A stretch of 64,000 nt of DNA, taken from the NCBI GenBank assembly GCA_002269645.1, contig NIVC01001521.1:186001-250000 (forward strand), given 5' to 3'. This document shows positions 43,091-56,430 of this stretch, in pieces (positions within the stretch are counted from its first letter, which is position 1; each line of letters begins with the position of its first letter). A model generated the notes under the pieces. The model made no database searches. It was not told the origin of the DNA and saw nothing but the letters and a program-made list of their open reading frames with translations. Position numbers and translations under genes: made by a program. Source of the DNA: Macrostomum lignano (lineage: Eukaryota).

Positions 43091-43879
43091 TCAGAATCTT
43101 TTAATTAGACAGATTAGAGATTAATATCTATGAATTGGAATCTCTACATAATTAAATTTTAACAATAACTACTGTGGGAACTGCCGATAAGCATGATTGC
43201 TAAAATTTGTTTAAAGCTGTGATACACTTATTATGTTTATTTATCAAATCCAATTTTGCTTTCTTATATCCTAATGTAGTTTTTCTTTTTATTTTTCTCC
43301 TATAAGAATAAATGTTTTTATAATCTGCAGTAATTTTACAATACCGAGAAACTGCTGTTTTTATTTTTCAAAGAAACAACAACTTCAAGATCTCAAGCGA
43401 TGTTTTCGATCCGTCCTGTACTCCTGTTGCTTGTTATACTGTATTATAAAAAGCTAAAATATCTGATTTTCTGTTTAGATTTTCTCTAGACTAGCTTCTA
43501 TTGCTGAAAATAAAAACCTGTTTTTTTTTGGTTGGTTGAAAAATCATCCCTATTTTCACTTGAAGTCACCTGCTTGTTTTTAATTTAAAAAGGGCCTAAT
43601 TAAGCTACAATTAGATTTTTATTATTAATTGAAATTTTGTCGGACCGGTAATTGACTTTGGTGCTTAGATTTAATTGCGCGTGCCCGGGAGTGGTTCAGC
43701 AGGGGGGTGTAATAAAAGGTCAAATGCTAATTACAGCCGCTGCGCAGATAAAATCAGACTCGTATCAATTTAGTTGATTATAAATTAATTTTCGTATGTA
43801 GCACGTTTTCACTACTAAAAGTAGTTCAAATATGATAACAAATGATAATTCATGCTATCTTCGCGAGTGTGTCTGGTTT

Positions 43880-46800
43880 ATGTCAGCCTTCGGTTCACCT
43901 GACGGCTCCTCAGCGTAAGTCTGGAAATTCATTTAAGCTGTTTTAACTACTTATTTCAAGCCCGAAAAAGTAGTATAAAGGCAAAATAAGCTCTAATATT
44001 GATGCAAAAACTTGTGTTTTTTTATAGATTCGAGGAGCTGTCATCGCTGAATGAGACATTTTCCTACTTAAACCCAAACGATCACAGACTTTATCACGAA
44101 GTGTGAGTTGTTTTTGATTTTCACTAGTACTATCAAGTGTTTTTACTACTGCTAATTATTAGTAGTATATTGTTTGAAGATTATTTATGTATTTAATATT
44201 AATATTTATTTTTCCAGATCGCCCAAATCTAATTACACCTACGCTTACAGGTAAGGTTACTGCTAAGTAGTATAGTGTTGTTGTTATGCTAAAAGTGTAG
44301 TTGAATAAATAATAATAATAATGATTATGATTGCTTAATATACTACTTTCCAGCGGCAGCTATCAGACCGAGTTGCTGCACCGTAATTGGCGCAGTCCGA
44401 ATTTGAGTCGATCACCTTTGCACAGCCCACCTGGCAACACGGCTGGCTGTTTTGCTGGCTCGCCCAGTCCTTTCAACAGTGAGTCATCCGTGTTTTTGAC
44501 TTTTAATTTGTTTGGATTGTGAATTGTCATTTTAAAAATCCGAAAATTTGGATTAAGTGTCTTAATCCTGATTCGGTGGTCTCTTAATACAGATTCGGTG
44601 GTCTTTTAATCCAGGTTCGGTGGCCTCTTAATCCAGATTCGGTGGTCTCTTAATCCAGGTTCGGTGGCCTCTTAATCCAAATTCAGCACCCCTTAATCCT
44701 GGTTCGGTGGCCTCTTAATCCAGATTCGGTGGTCTCTTAATCCAGGTTCGGTGGCCTCTTAATCCAGATTCAGCGCCCCTTAATCCTGGTTCGGTGGCCT
44801 CTTAATCCAGATTCGGTGGTCTCTTAATCCTGGTTCGGTGGCCTCTTAATCCAGATTCGGTTGCCTCTCAATCCACATTCGGCGTGTCTCTTAATCGAGA
44901 TTCGGCGCCCCTTAATTCAGTTTCGGCGCCCCTTAATTCAGTTTCGGCGCCCGTTTAATCCAGGTTTGGCGTATCTAACTAACGCCCTAATTCCTGATTC
45001 ACTGCACTACATATGCGAACTTGCAAAGCATTTTGAAGTATAAATTTATTCCCACTAACGCCACATTGCAGTTGCTCCAGTCAGCCCCGTTAGCATCGTT
45101 GGCTCCTCGTCGGCCTCGACTGCCAGCGGCAGCGTCGGCAGCAGCGGCATTGGCATCCGTGAGCGTCGAAGATTTTCAGCGTCAACTCTGTCGCTACACG
45201 GCAGCAGCGAGTCCGATCGTGTGCTCAGATCGCGCTGCCGGGCCGAAGGCGGCGTCCACTGCGGCCACGTCGATTGTCGGCTGCACGGCGTTGCTTCGTT
45301 GAAGTCGACATCTTCTGGTGGTCGACGATCTGTCCGATTCAAGCTGCGAACTGCCGACGGCGATACGTTGACAGCGGGAGATGCTGCTCATGAATATGAT
45401 GATGATGGCAGTGACGATGAGGATCACCAGGGAGACAGAGGCACGGTTGAGGCCACTCTGAGCAGGCAATACTATGAAGGTGCTCAGTACCAACCAGACT
45501 ACGCTTACAATTCTGGTTTGAGTAGTAGGACTACCATGTCAACTGTTAGAACAGCAACAACAACAACAACAACAAGTAGAACTATGCTGGCAAATACTAA
45601 ACAAAAGATAGTCTCCGGTTTGTTCACCGCAGTAGCTTTCTCGGCCAATTTGGCAAAAGCGACTGCTCAGTTTGCATTGGCTCCGCTGGTTTCTGCAATA
45701 TCGGCAGTTAAAGATTCAGTTACTGCTGTGTCATCTTCTAGGTCTGCGGCGGTTTCTGTCACTAGACAGCAGCATTATCGGAATGTTCAACGCAAAAGCT
45801 CGTGGTGTTTCTGTTCTAGTTCGACTCTGCTATTGCTGTTGTGTTTGCTAATATTTCTTCCGCTAGCTTTGCTAACTGTCTGGTGGTACATATTGCCACC
45901 GATTCTTGCTGCACTGCGCAATAGCAATGGTACCACTGCGCACACTTCCACTGGAGTTCCGCTAGATGCAGTCGGCGGTCAACAAGGATGCTGCGATTCG
46001 AAAATCGTTGCCAACATGGAGCTGCGCTGGAATCAAGAGCTGACAGAGATGCGTAGCATGTTGAACCTGCTGGCCCAACAGAGGGAGAATGATGAGGCGC
46101 AGAGGAAGCTGCTGTTGCAGCGATTAGCTCAACAGACTAATAGCCAAGTTGTGGTCGGTTTGGATTCTACAGACGAGAATAATTCCACAGAAATTGAGCG
46201 TCAAATTGCTGTTTTACGTCAAGCAGATGCGGATCAGCTGCAGTTCACCTCGTCAATGTCGGATAGGATTAGTAAATTGGAGCAGGCGCATTTGAGTTTG
46301 GCAGGCAAGCTTCGACAACAGATTTTGAGTGAGCTGTCAGGGCGTATGGACACTGTGACGCAACGGGTTAGAAACGAAGAAGAGCGTAGTCAGCAGAAGT
46401 GGAACGAGCATGAGCAACAGTTAACGTCGTTAAAAAAACATGCAGATGAGCAAGCTAAGCATATCGCAGCTGCTGTCAATCAGTTAGACACCGTTGAAAA
46501 AGCGGAGAAGTCGCTATCTAAGTCGGTGTCAGAGCAACAGCGTGCTCAGCAAGATGCTGAAAAAGAGCATTTAAAACTGGCCGCCGATGTTAGAGAGCAG
46601 TTGGGCGAGTATGAAAACCGGCTATCATTGTTGCAGAAGACACTATTGGAGCAGAAGTCGCTTGTCACTGATACTAATAATCGCTTGGTATTAATTGAAG
46701 GCTCAACATCTGAGTCTGCCATTGCTGAGAAGCAGCAGCAGCAGACCTTATTAGACTTGCAGCGTGACATAGGTGAGCATAAAAGCATGATACTGCTTTT

Positions 46801-49800
46801 GCAGAAAGCCAGTTCAGAACAGAAAGAAAGCGAAGCTTTGGTGGCCAAACGGTTAGATTCGGTTGAGCAGAAAAGTGATGAAGAACGCCAGAAGCTTGCG
46901 GAGCTACTTCAGCAGCAATTAGAGAAGCAGCAGAAGCAGCTAACTGCTTTAATGAATTCTGAGTCGAAGTTAAACAAGCAGACGTCGGACATATCCGAGC
47001 GTCTTATTGCGATTGAAAAAATGCCTCCAAAAGCCTCTTCAACTGAATCAGTTGTCAAACCAAGCGAAGGTGATACAATCTATCAAACTTTGACGGTAAA
47101 GATTCAACAGCAGTTAAATGACAATAGCCAGGAGATTGTGTCGCTTAAAGAAGCAGATTCTGAGCAGAAAAAGAATGCTGCGAGTGTTGCTGATCGGCTC
47201 ACTGCGATTGAGAAAGCCTCTAGGGAGAATCAAGACAAGATGCAGCAGGATATGCAACAGCAAATGGCCGATTTCCAGAAGCAGTTGGCACAGCTGCGCA
47301 AAGATGGTGATGAACAGCGAGAATCCACCACTTCTTTGTCTGGTCGCTTGACTACTTTAGAATCGTCTGTAGAATCTGCCACAATAAACGAATCAAATGA
47401 AAACAAGGATCGAAGTAATTTGATGAAAGAGTTCAATGAGCAGTTGAAGCAGCATCAGAACCAGTTTGAATTGCTGCGGCAGACTGATTCTGGACACCAA
47501 GAGCTGGTAACCGCCATTGCGAAACGTTTAAGCAGCTTAGAGACGTCAATGTCATCTGCTACGAGCACGAGAAAGCAAGATGATAAGAGCGAGGAGGGCG
47601 AGAAAATTTCCGATGTGATTCGACATCAACTAGGCGAGTTAAAAGATCAAGTATCACAGCTTCAACAAGTGGAAGCTGAACAACGAAAGCTGACTGCCAC
47701 AGTATCTGATCGACTAGATGTGGTCGAATCTAAGCTAGCCTCATCGTCATCTACTCAGCAAAATGATGATGCTGTTGCCCAGCAAAAGCTTATATCTGAT
47801 TTGCAACAGAATCTTGTCAACTATCAGAGACAGATTGACTTGTTGAAACAGGCGGATGTACAACAAATCGAGACAGATGACTCCTTTGTCAAACGTTTAA
47901 TTGCTGTAGAAAAATTAGTCTCAGAGGTGAAAACTGGATTGCGCAATAGTGACTCAGACAGAGAGAAGCAGCTTCTGGAACTTCGCAACCTAATGGAGAC
48001 CTGTCAGAAGCAGCTGTCGCAGTTGCAAGAGTCTGAAATCGAGCTGAGAAAATCCAGCGTTTCTATGTCGGAGCGTATCGAATCTGTACACCTCATGGCT
48101 TCATCTAATCATGAGAATGCAACTGCTGAGCGGCTTAAGCTGGCCAGTGACTTAGATAATCAGAACAGGCTGCTACAGCAAATGCAGCTGGCAGAGTCTG
48201 AACAAGTAACTACAATTAGTGGCATCTCAGAACGCTTGCTAGCTATTGAAGCTGTGCTCTCCTCTGCAGCTAGCCTAAAAGACGGCGGCGAGGATGGTAA
48301 ACGGCGAAAAGCAATGATTGATCTGCGACAACATTTGAGCGATTATCAAAAGCAGTTGGAGCAACTGCGCCAGGCTGAGGCTGAGCAGAAAAAACTGGTA
48401 GAAGCTGTTCAGCAACGTTTAGTGTCGGTTGAATCGACTCTGAATTCGTTTGGCGAATCTAAGCCAGTAAATGTTGAGTCTGCTGAGACTTCACAACCAA
48501 ATTCTGATCTTACCAAGCAGAATAATGAGATTTCGGTATTGCAGGAAAAGTTAAAAGAATATCAAGTTCAAATAGGCGCCATCTCTGAGCGGCTCGATGC
48601 AAATGAGAAGATTTCTGAAAATGCTTCTGTAGAGGCTAAGTCGGCTGTAGCTTTGGTTAAGCAATTTGATAGTGACGAAATGCAAAAAGAACTAATTGCA
48701 GAGATGAAAAATCAATTGAGTGGTTATGAAGATCAGCTGAAGCTATTGCAGGACAAGGAGTCTGAAAAGCAAAAGTTTGTTGCAAAATTGTCGGAACAGT
48801 TGACTGCTCTGGAAGCTGCTGTCTCGGCAAATGCGCTATCAAAAGAAGCTGAGGTTAAGAAACAAGAGAAGCAGAAATCCGATCTGGAAAAACAACTCAA
48901 TGCCTATCAGCTGCAGTTGGCGTTGCTTAAAGACGCAGAAGCGGAACAGCGAAAACTTTCCACGGCCGTCTCTGAACGTCTAAGTGCTCTTGAGACTGCA
49001 TCCACTTTGTCAGATGAGCACAACTCAGCTGAGCGTTCCAAACTAGCTAAAACTTTCGAGCAGCAACTGTCCGGTTATCAAGAGCAGTTATTGCTATTAA
49101 AACAGTTTAGTACGGAGCAGCAGAGTGTGAATGCTAATGTTTCTGATCGATTATTTGCATTGGAATCGTCAATAACCTCATTAGGAGCAGATAAGGAAAG
49201 TCTGGTTGAAGATCTCGTAAAGCTTAAAGAAGCTGAAGCTGAACTGCGTAAACTTGCAACATCCGTGTCGGAGCGTCTTGCAACTGTTGAATCAACCGTG
49301 GCATTGTTGACTTCTAGCAAGTCGCAATATGCAGCAGATCAGTCCAAGTTAACAGTGGAATTGCAGGACCAGTTCAGCACTTACCAGCAGCAGCTGGCTG
49401 TCCTCAAAGAAGCAGAAGTTGAACAACGCAAACTTGCTTTAACAGTGACAAAGCGTCTTGATGAGCTCGAGTCCAGCTTGAAGACGGTCACTAAACAAGT
49501 AAAAGCAGAAGATTTGAAGCAGCAGCTTGAAGAGTATCAGAGAAATTTAGATGCTAAGCATCAGATTTTTGTTTCAAATGTATCCGAACGGATAAATGCT
49601 GTAGATGCATCCTTCTCTGCTGCACAGGAGAACGGTTTAGGCGAACAGCAAAAGCTAACAGTCGAACTACAACAGCAGTTAAACAACTATCAGCAGCAGC
49701 TGGTGCTTCTGCAACAGACTGAAAGCGATAATAAACAACGCCTATTCGCTGTTGAATCTTCTGCAGCATCTATTGCTGGTGAAGACGAAGGTCGCAGACA

Positions 49801-51574
49801 GTCTATTGCTGCACTACAGAGGCAGGTAAATAACATCGAGGAGCAACTAGCTCAGCTGAAAGATTCTCCACCAGTGCCTGGTAGCAGCTGCAATGACACC
49901 GTAAACGAGACTTATTCAGCTGGTAACGTCACCGAAGCAGTTCGGCTGCATCGTCAGCTGGCGGAGTACCGCAGGCGACTTGTCGCCGTTGAACGACTGG
50001 CCTCTAGCAGCTGCAACTGCAGCATTCGCGACTTCAAAGCTGAGGATCCATTTCCAAACTTAGTGCCGGACTTTGCTCTGCACAGCGCTGGCGCCTACGT
50101 GGTTGGCACCCGGTGCACTGTGGCCTATAACGGCCAGGCCTCCGTTGTGGAACTGTTCGGCTTCCCTGTGTTGGCCTTCTCACGGTCGCCAACTACAGCA
50201 TTGGAGCCCGACACCAATCTGGGCGAGTGCTGGGCCTTCCAGGTGCGCTGACTACGGGCTGTTGCAGAGTTTCTGACAAATCAAAACTTGTCTGACTGTG
50301 TGTCAGTGTCTGTCCTTGTGTCCGACTTAGTGGCTGTCTCAGTGTCTGTCTCAGTGTCTGTCTTAGTGACTGTCTCAGTATCTGTCTCAGTGTCTGTCTC
50401 AGTGTCTGTCTTAGTGACTGTCTCAGTGTCTCTCACAGTGTCAGTCTCAGTGTCTGTCTCAGTGTCTGTCTCAGTGTCTGTCTCAGTGTCTGTCTCAGTG
50501 TCTGTCTTAGTGACTGTCTCAGTGTCTGTCTCAGTGTCTGTCTTAGTGTCTGTCTCAGTGTCTGCCTCAGTGTCTGTCTCAGTGTCTGCCTCAGTGTCTG
50601 CCCAGTGTCTGCCTCAGTGTCTGTCTCAGTGTGTGTCTCAGTGTCTGTCTCAGTGTCTGCCCAGTGTCTGCCTCAGTGTGTGTCTCAGTGTCTGTCTCAG
50701 TGTCTGCCCAGTGTCTGCCTCAGTGTCTGCCTCAGTGTCTGCCTCAGTGTCTGTCTTAATGTCTTTCTCAGTGTCTGCCTCAGTGTCTGTGTCAGTGTCT
50801 GTGTCAGTGCCCCTCCTAGTGTCTGTCTCAGTGTCTGTCTCAGTGTCTGTCTCAGTGTCTGCCCAGTGTCTGCCTCAGTGTGTGTCTCAGTGTCTGTCTC
50901 AGTGTCTGCTCAGTGTCTGCCTCAGTGTCTGCCTCAGTGTCTGCCTCAGTGTCTGTCTTAATGTCTTTCTCAGTGTCTGCCTCAGTGTCTGTGTCAGTGT
51001 CTGTGTCAGTGCCCCTCCTAGTGTCTGTCTCAGTGTCTGCCCAGTGTCTGCCTCAGTGTCTGTCTCAGTGTCTGCCCAGTGTCTGCCCAGTGACTGCCTC
51101 AGTGTCTGTCTCAGTGTCTGTCTGTCTCACACAGTTTATAAACAAATTTTTCTATCAGACAGATCTTTATCGGCTATTTATAATTAAGTGTATTTTTAAA
51201 AAACAAACTCGCTTCAATCTCTCTGTCCGCAGGGCTTCCCCGGACATCTCATAGTCCGCCTGGCCGTGCCCGCCAGAGTCAGCTCGGTGACCATCGACCA
51301 TGCCGCCAGGGAGGTGTCCTACAATGCCTCCATGAGCAGCGCGCCGCGGAACTTCTCTGTCTATGGCCTGGAGTCCTCCTACACAGCTTTCACCGAAGCT
51401 GTGATTTTGGGTTCCTTTGTCTACAACGCCGACACGGGACCCGCTTCGCAGACGTTTCATCTCAATTCGACCACTGAACGCTACTGGGAATACGTGGAAC
51501 TGGTTGTTGAGAGTAACCATGGCAACGAGATGTACACCTGTCTGTATCGGTTCAGGGTGCACGGTTTGGCCTAG
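43880..51574 (+). CDS. SUN-domain (Sad1/UNC-84, SUN1/2-type) inner nuclear membrane LINC protein, about 1926 aa; exons 43880-43914, 44028-44102, 44218-44250, 44354-44478, 45072-50242, 51233-51574
   Basis: All six exons join in frame with GT-AG sites (phases 2,2,2,1,0). N-terminus SNYTYAYSGSY...SPNLSRSPL resembles SUN1 TGYTYALSSSY...SPRMSRRSL. TM near 45827-45895. C-terminal PDFALHSAGA, TRC, LFGFP, PDTNLGECWAFQ|GFPGHLIVRL, TIDH, SAPRNFSVYGL, SNHGNEMYTCLYRFRVHG. Confidence 0.93.
44560..44970. repeat. 22-bp minisatellite G(A/G)TTCGGTGG(T/C)CTCTTAATCCA in SUN intron 4
   Basis: Direct. Confidence 0.93.
50290..51130. repeat. 12-bp-based minisatellite TCAGTGTCTG(T/C)C in SUN intron 5
   Basis: Direct; VS/QCLS ORFs are artefacts. 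Confidence 0.96.
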
Positions 51575-51679
51575 CGCTGTGACTTATCATATTTTTAATA
51601 TATATTACTGTCACTAAGGTGTGCTTTGAAGTCTCAGTATTCAGTGTAGGACACCTGCCATTGAGTTCAAACATCAATC

Positions 51680-52080
51680 CTTGAGAGTCTGCCCTCTCGA
51701 CTCCCCTCAGTCCGTGAGAGTCTGCCCTCTCGACTCCCCTCAGTCCGTGAGAGTCTGCCCTCTCGACTCCCCTCAGTCCGTGAGAGTCTGCCCTCTCGAC
51801 TCCCCTCAGTCCGTGAGAGTCTGCCCTCTCAACTCCCCTCAGTCCGTGAGAGTCTGCCCTCTCAACTCCCCTCAATCCGTGAGAGTCTGCCTCTCAACTC
51901 CCCTCAATCCGTGAGAGTCTGCCCTCTCAACTCCCCTCAGTCCTTGAGAGTCTGCCTCTCAACTCCCCTCAGTCCTTGAGAGTCTGCCTCTCAACTCCCC
52001 TCAGTCCTTGAGAGTCTGCCTCTCAACTCCCCTCAGTCCTTGAGAGTCTGCCCTCTCAACTCCCTCAGTCCGTGAGAGTC
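51680..52080. repeat. 33-bp minisatellite GAGAGTCTGCCCTCTC(G/A)ACTCCCCTCAGTCC(G/T)T, about 12 copies, 3' of SUN
   Basis: Direct. Confidence 0.95.
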
Positions 52081-53199
52081 TGCCCCTCCACTCTCTCAGG
52101 CCTCAGTCCCTGTGAACCCGTGAAACCTACTTAATACCTATGCTTAAGCTTAAAAAAAACAAGTAGTTTTTTTGTATTTTAACTTGTATAAAGGCGTATT
52201 ACACGTGTAATCGTTGCAACGAATGTTAAATTAGTTTTTGTTTGTTAAAGAAAATTTAATATTTATAGTAGGAAATTTTGTTAACAACTTTGAACTTTTA
52301 TACTTTGTGTGTTAATAAATATTTATTTATCAAGTTTACACAGTATAATATTTCTACTTATGAAACGGCATTTTCACTTAATTACAAACCGCATCATGAA
52401 CAGCCTGAGTTAATGAAAATTTGTTTAAATTCGTGTTGTTGCTAAATTTAAAATCGAACAATTTTTTGCATGCTCATATCTCTGAATGATAACTTTGATA
52501 TTTGCCTGTTTATGAATCGAGGTCCATTGTTTTTATTTATATGAATTCTGTGTCATTTTTATTCACTTTTTCACATTAAAATCCGCATCTTCATGTGCAA
52601 TCGCTTAACTCCATGATTTCTAAGATTTCCCAAAAAATTGGCTCAAATAGCGCACTTAAAAAAACAAAGGAAAACTTTTTTCTTAGAAAAGCATTTTTGG
52701 AGGCTGGGTTTTTGGGAACAAGTGTTGCTAGTTAATAACGAATTCTTCTCATAGTTAACTCTCATTAAGCATTGTGTTAATTATCCATTTTGAGCACGTA
52801 TAACATAACACATGAGAACCGCAAGATTAGAATCTCCCTAGTTTTAGACTTATTTAATATTTATTATAATAACGCCATATTTTTTGCCAGGTTTGTCGTT
52901 ATTGTTACACACCAAGTTTTTTATTGTTCAATTAATTTATCAGCGTGTCTCTCAGCAGGATATCAATTTTACCGTACTCTGTTGTTTTCTAACAAAAATG
53001 TGAGATTACTCAATTTCTTTATGTAGCTTGTAAAAAGTCATGAACAAGCACATTTTTGAAAGTGAAGACGCTGTCATATTTAAATACAATTTAGGGAATT
53101 TGTTGCAGTATCTTAATGTCTTGTGGTTCTTGTTTTATATTATTATAAATTTTTGTATTATCTTGGAAACTGCTATAATTTAGATAGGTGAATTTTGAG

Positions 53200-53320
53200 C
53201 TTGTGAATCAAACTGGTGAATTTCGGGGTTGTGAAATAAACTGGTGAATTTCGAGCTTGTGAATCAAACTGGTGAATTTCGAGCTTGTGAATGAAGCTGG
53301 TGAATTTCGAGCTTGTGAAT
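53200..53320. repeat. 28-bp repeat GGTGAATTTCGAGCTTGTGAATCAAACT, about 4-5 copies
   Basis: Direct. Confidence 0.88.
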
Positions 53321-53446
53321 TGTGGTTGTAATTATCTCATAGTCTAGCAAGAACCCAACTGTTGAACTATATGAAATCTTTTCAGCTCATTAACTAATAT
53401 TAAAATCGATCAATTATTGAGCAAAGATCGCTCATCCAGCAAAATA

Positions 53447-55272
53447 ATGTCGGATTCTGCAGGCATTCACGAGACCGATCTGAACCCGTCATATGCCCCT
53501 ACTCGCAATCGGTCAAAGCAAATATTTGCTTGCTTACTAAAGCTGCTCATGGTTGGCGTCACCCTTAGTCTTGGCATCCTACTCATAGTAGTCAGTATAG
53601 TTTTAGTTGCAGTTTTCCCGTCTGTATTCCGTTCACGAATTGCGAGCTCAATGCCGCTAGTGAATGGCAGTTTCACTTTCAAGGCTTGGAATTCTCCCAG
53701 TACACCAATCTACATGCAGTTCTGGCTGTTCAGCATCACTAATCCCCAAGAATTCCTGTCTGGCGGTAAACCCCTGCTCAATGATGTCGGACCGTTCACC
53801 TATCAGGAGCGACGAGTGAAGTCTGGCGTTGAATTCAACTCAAATGGCTCTGTGCTGAGATATCAGCAATCAACATTTTATCATTTCAGGCGGGATTTGT
53901 CCTGCTGCTGGGAGGATACAAATGTCACAACTTTGAATCTGATGTACGTTGGTTTGACCCACAAGATGCAGTACAGTAGTAGTTACGTCAAAAACATTGC
54001 AAACAATTTATTAAGAAGCGGCAAGCATCGATTGGTGATGACCCGGCCTGCTAAACAGATTCTGTGGGGTTATCACGATGTACTTTTGAAAACTATGCAG
54101 CCAATAGCCAGGCTAGCTGGCGCTACACTAAAAAGTGAACTGGGTCTATTTGCCGATAAGAATGGCAGTCTAGGCGACCCCTACCAGATCCGCACCGGAG
54201 CTGATGACGTCAATCGTCTTGGAGAAATTATCACTTGGAAAGGTTTAGATCGTCTGCTACATTGGAACAGCTCTCAGGCCAATATGATTAATGGCACTGA
54301 TGGGGCCATGTTTCCGCCGTTTGTGTCTCGCTCCGACTTGCTGTACTTGTTCAGCTCCGACATATGCCGGTCGATTTATCTCAAGTATAGGGGCGATGTG
54401 ATGCTCCACAATACTGTGCCATTGTACAGGTGAGCTATAGCTGCGTGTTCACTGCCCGTTCTGTGCTGTGTGTGCAATGTTTGTGTCTTTAACTTAGTTG
54501 GTATAGTCACTCTTGTGGGTATGCTTCTGTCACTCTTGTGTTGATGTTTCAGTCACTCTTGTGGGGATGCTTCTGTCACTCTTGTGGTGATGCTTCAGTC
54601 ACTTTTGTGTTGATGTTTCAGTCACTCTTGTGGGGATGCTTTTGTCACTCTTGTGGAGATGCTTCTGTCACTCTTGTGGTGATGCTTCTGTCACTCTTGT
54701 GTTGATGTTTCAATCACTCTTGTGGGGATGCTTCTGTCACTCTTGTGGGGATGCTTCTGTCACTCTTGTGGGGATGCTTCTGTCACTCTTGTGGGGATGC
54801 TTCTGTCACTCTTGTGGAGATGCTTCTGTCACTCTTGTGGGGATGCTTCTGTCACTCTTGTGGAGATGCTTCTGTCACTCTTGTGGGGATGCTTCTGTCA
54901 CTCTTGTGGGGATGCTTCTGTCACTCTTGTGGGGATGCTTCTGGCACTCTGTGGAGAATGTTTGTCACTCAGCCGCCACTTGCCCCCCCCCAGGTTTCAA
55001 GCACCAGCCGAGATGTTCATGAACGCCACTCTGAACCCCAGCAATCGCGGCTTCTGCTTAGACGGCCGCTGCCTGGACTCCGGTGTGCTCAACATCTCCG
55101 CCTGCGCCGAGGGCGCCCCCATCCTCATGTCGCAGCCGCATTTCTACCAGGCCGCTGCGCAGTACCAGGACGCTTTGGGGGGCCTCAGTCCCGGCCCCGA
55201 GTTTGACACCGTGCTGGATGTGGAGCCCAACACTGGACTGGTTATGCGGGCCGCCAAGAAGCTGCAGGTGTG

Positions 55273-55305
<33 letters not shown>

Positions 55306-56008
55306 TAGTGTCTGTCTTAGTGTCTGTGTGTCTGTCTGTCTGTGTGTGTGTCTGTCTGTGTGTCTGTCTGTCTGTCTGTCTGTGTCTGTCTGTCTGTTTG
55401 TCTGTCGGTCTGTCTGTCTGTATGTCTGCCTGTCTGTTTGTCTGTCTATCTATCTATACCTACCTACCCACTCGCAGATCAACATGGCGGTGACCCCCAG
55501 CCGGCAGTTCGCAGACCTGCAGAACCTCAACAGCACACTGATCATGCCGCTAGCCTGGCTGAATGAGTCGGCCTGTCTGGACCCGGAGTCGGCAGGGAAA
55601 TTCCGAGCCGGGGTGCTGCAGCCCCGCGACACAGTGGCCCGAGTGCAGTGGAGCCTCCTGGCTATCGGCTTCCTGCTGTGCGGCCTCGCTCTGCTCTGCC
55701 TCGGCTTCAAGTGCCGCCGGCGCTACCTGCGTCAGCGTGCCGGGCCGCGCAGCCTCCGACTCTGCGCCGGCAAAGCCTCGTTCGCGTCCACCTCGTCAAC
55801 GGCGTCGCCATGCAAACGGGGCAGCTTGGCGGCCAACCCTGGCAACGGCTTGGTTAGCAACGGGTCCCACGGCGGCGACATGGATGATAACACTCCCGCT
55901 TCCACTCTGCTGGCATCGGCCTCTGCCTCCGCGGCTGCAGATGCGGCTAGTCAGCCTCTTGATGATGAAGCTGAAACTGCCGAAACTGTCATTGGTGCTG
56001 GAGCTTGA
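53447..56008 (+). CDS. Second CD36/SCARB-family scavenger receptor; exons 53447-54429, 54994-55267, 55478-56008, about 595 aa
   Basis: Same motif series as the first paralog ([73 protein letters not shown], two TMs). Splice sites AG|GTGAGC..cag|G (phase 2) and CAG|GTGTGT..gcag|ATC (phase 0). Confidence 0.94.
54505..54950. repeat. 23-bp minisatellite GATGCTTCTGTCACTCTTGTGGG filling CD36-2 intron 1
   Basis: Direct. Confidence 0.96.
55268..55465. repeat. (TCTG)n/(TG)n microsatellite making up nearly all of CD36-2 intron 2
   Basis: Direct. Confidence 0.96.
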
Positions 56009-56034
56009 GTCTGCGGATGCATTGGGCTAGATGC

Positions 56035-56430
56035 CCCAAATACTCAGTTGCTATGCGAGCCTCCCGGATCCTCAGTTGCTATGCGAGCCTCCCGGATCCT
56101 CAGTTGCTATGCGAGCCTCCCGGATCCTCAGTTGCTGGGCCAGCCTCCCAGATCCTCAGTTGCTAAGCCGGCCTCCCAGATCCCCAGTTGCTGGGCCACC
56201 AGCCTCCCAAACCCTCAGTTGCTGGGCCACCAGCCTCCCAGATCCTCAGTTGCTGGGGCACTAGCCTCCCAGATCCTCAGTTGCTGGGGCACCAGCCTCC
56301 CAGATCCTCAGCCGCTGAGCCACCAGCCTCCCAGATCCTCAGTTGCTGAGCCAGCCCCCCCCAGATCCGCAGTTGCTATGCCAACCTCCCAAATCCTCAA
56401 TTGCTATGCCAACCTCCCAAATCCTCAATT
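56035..56430. repeat. 27-31-bp minisatellite CAGATCCTCAGTTGCTGGGCCA(CCA)GCCTCC, first block
   Basis: Direct; begins about 30 bp after the CD36-2 stop codon. Confidence 0.93.
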
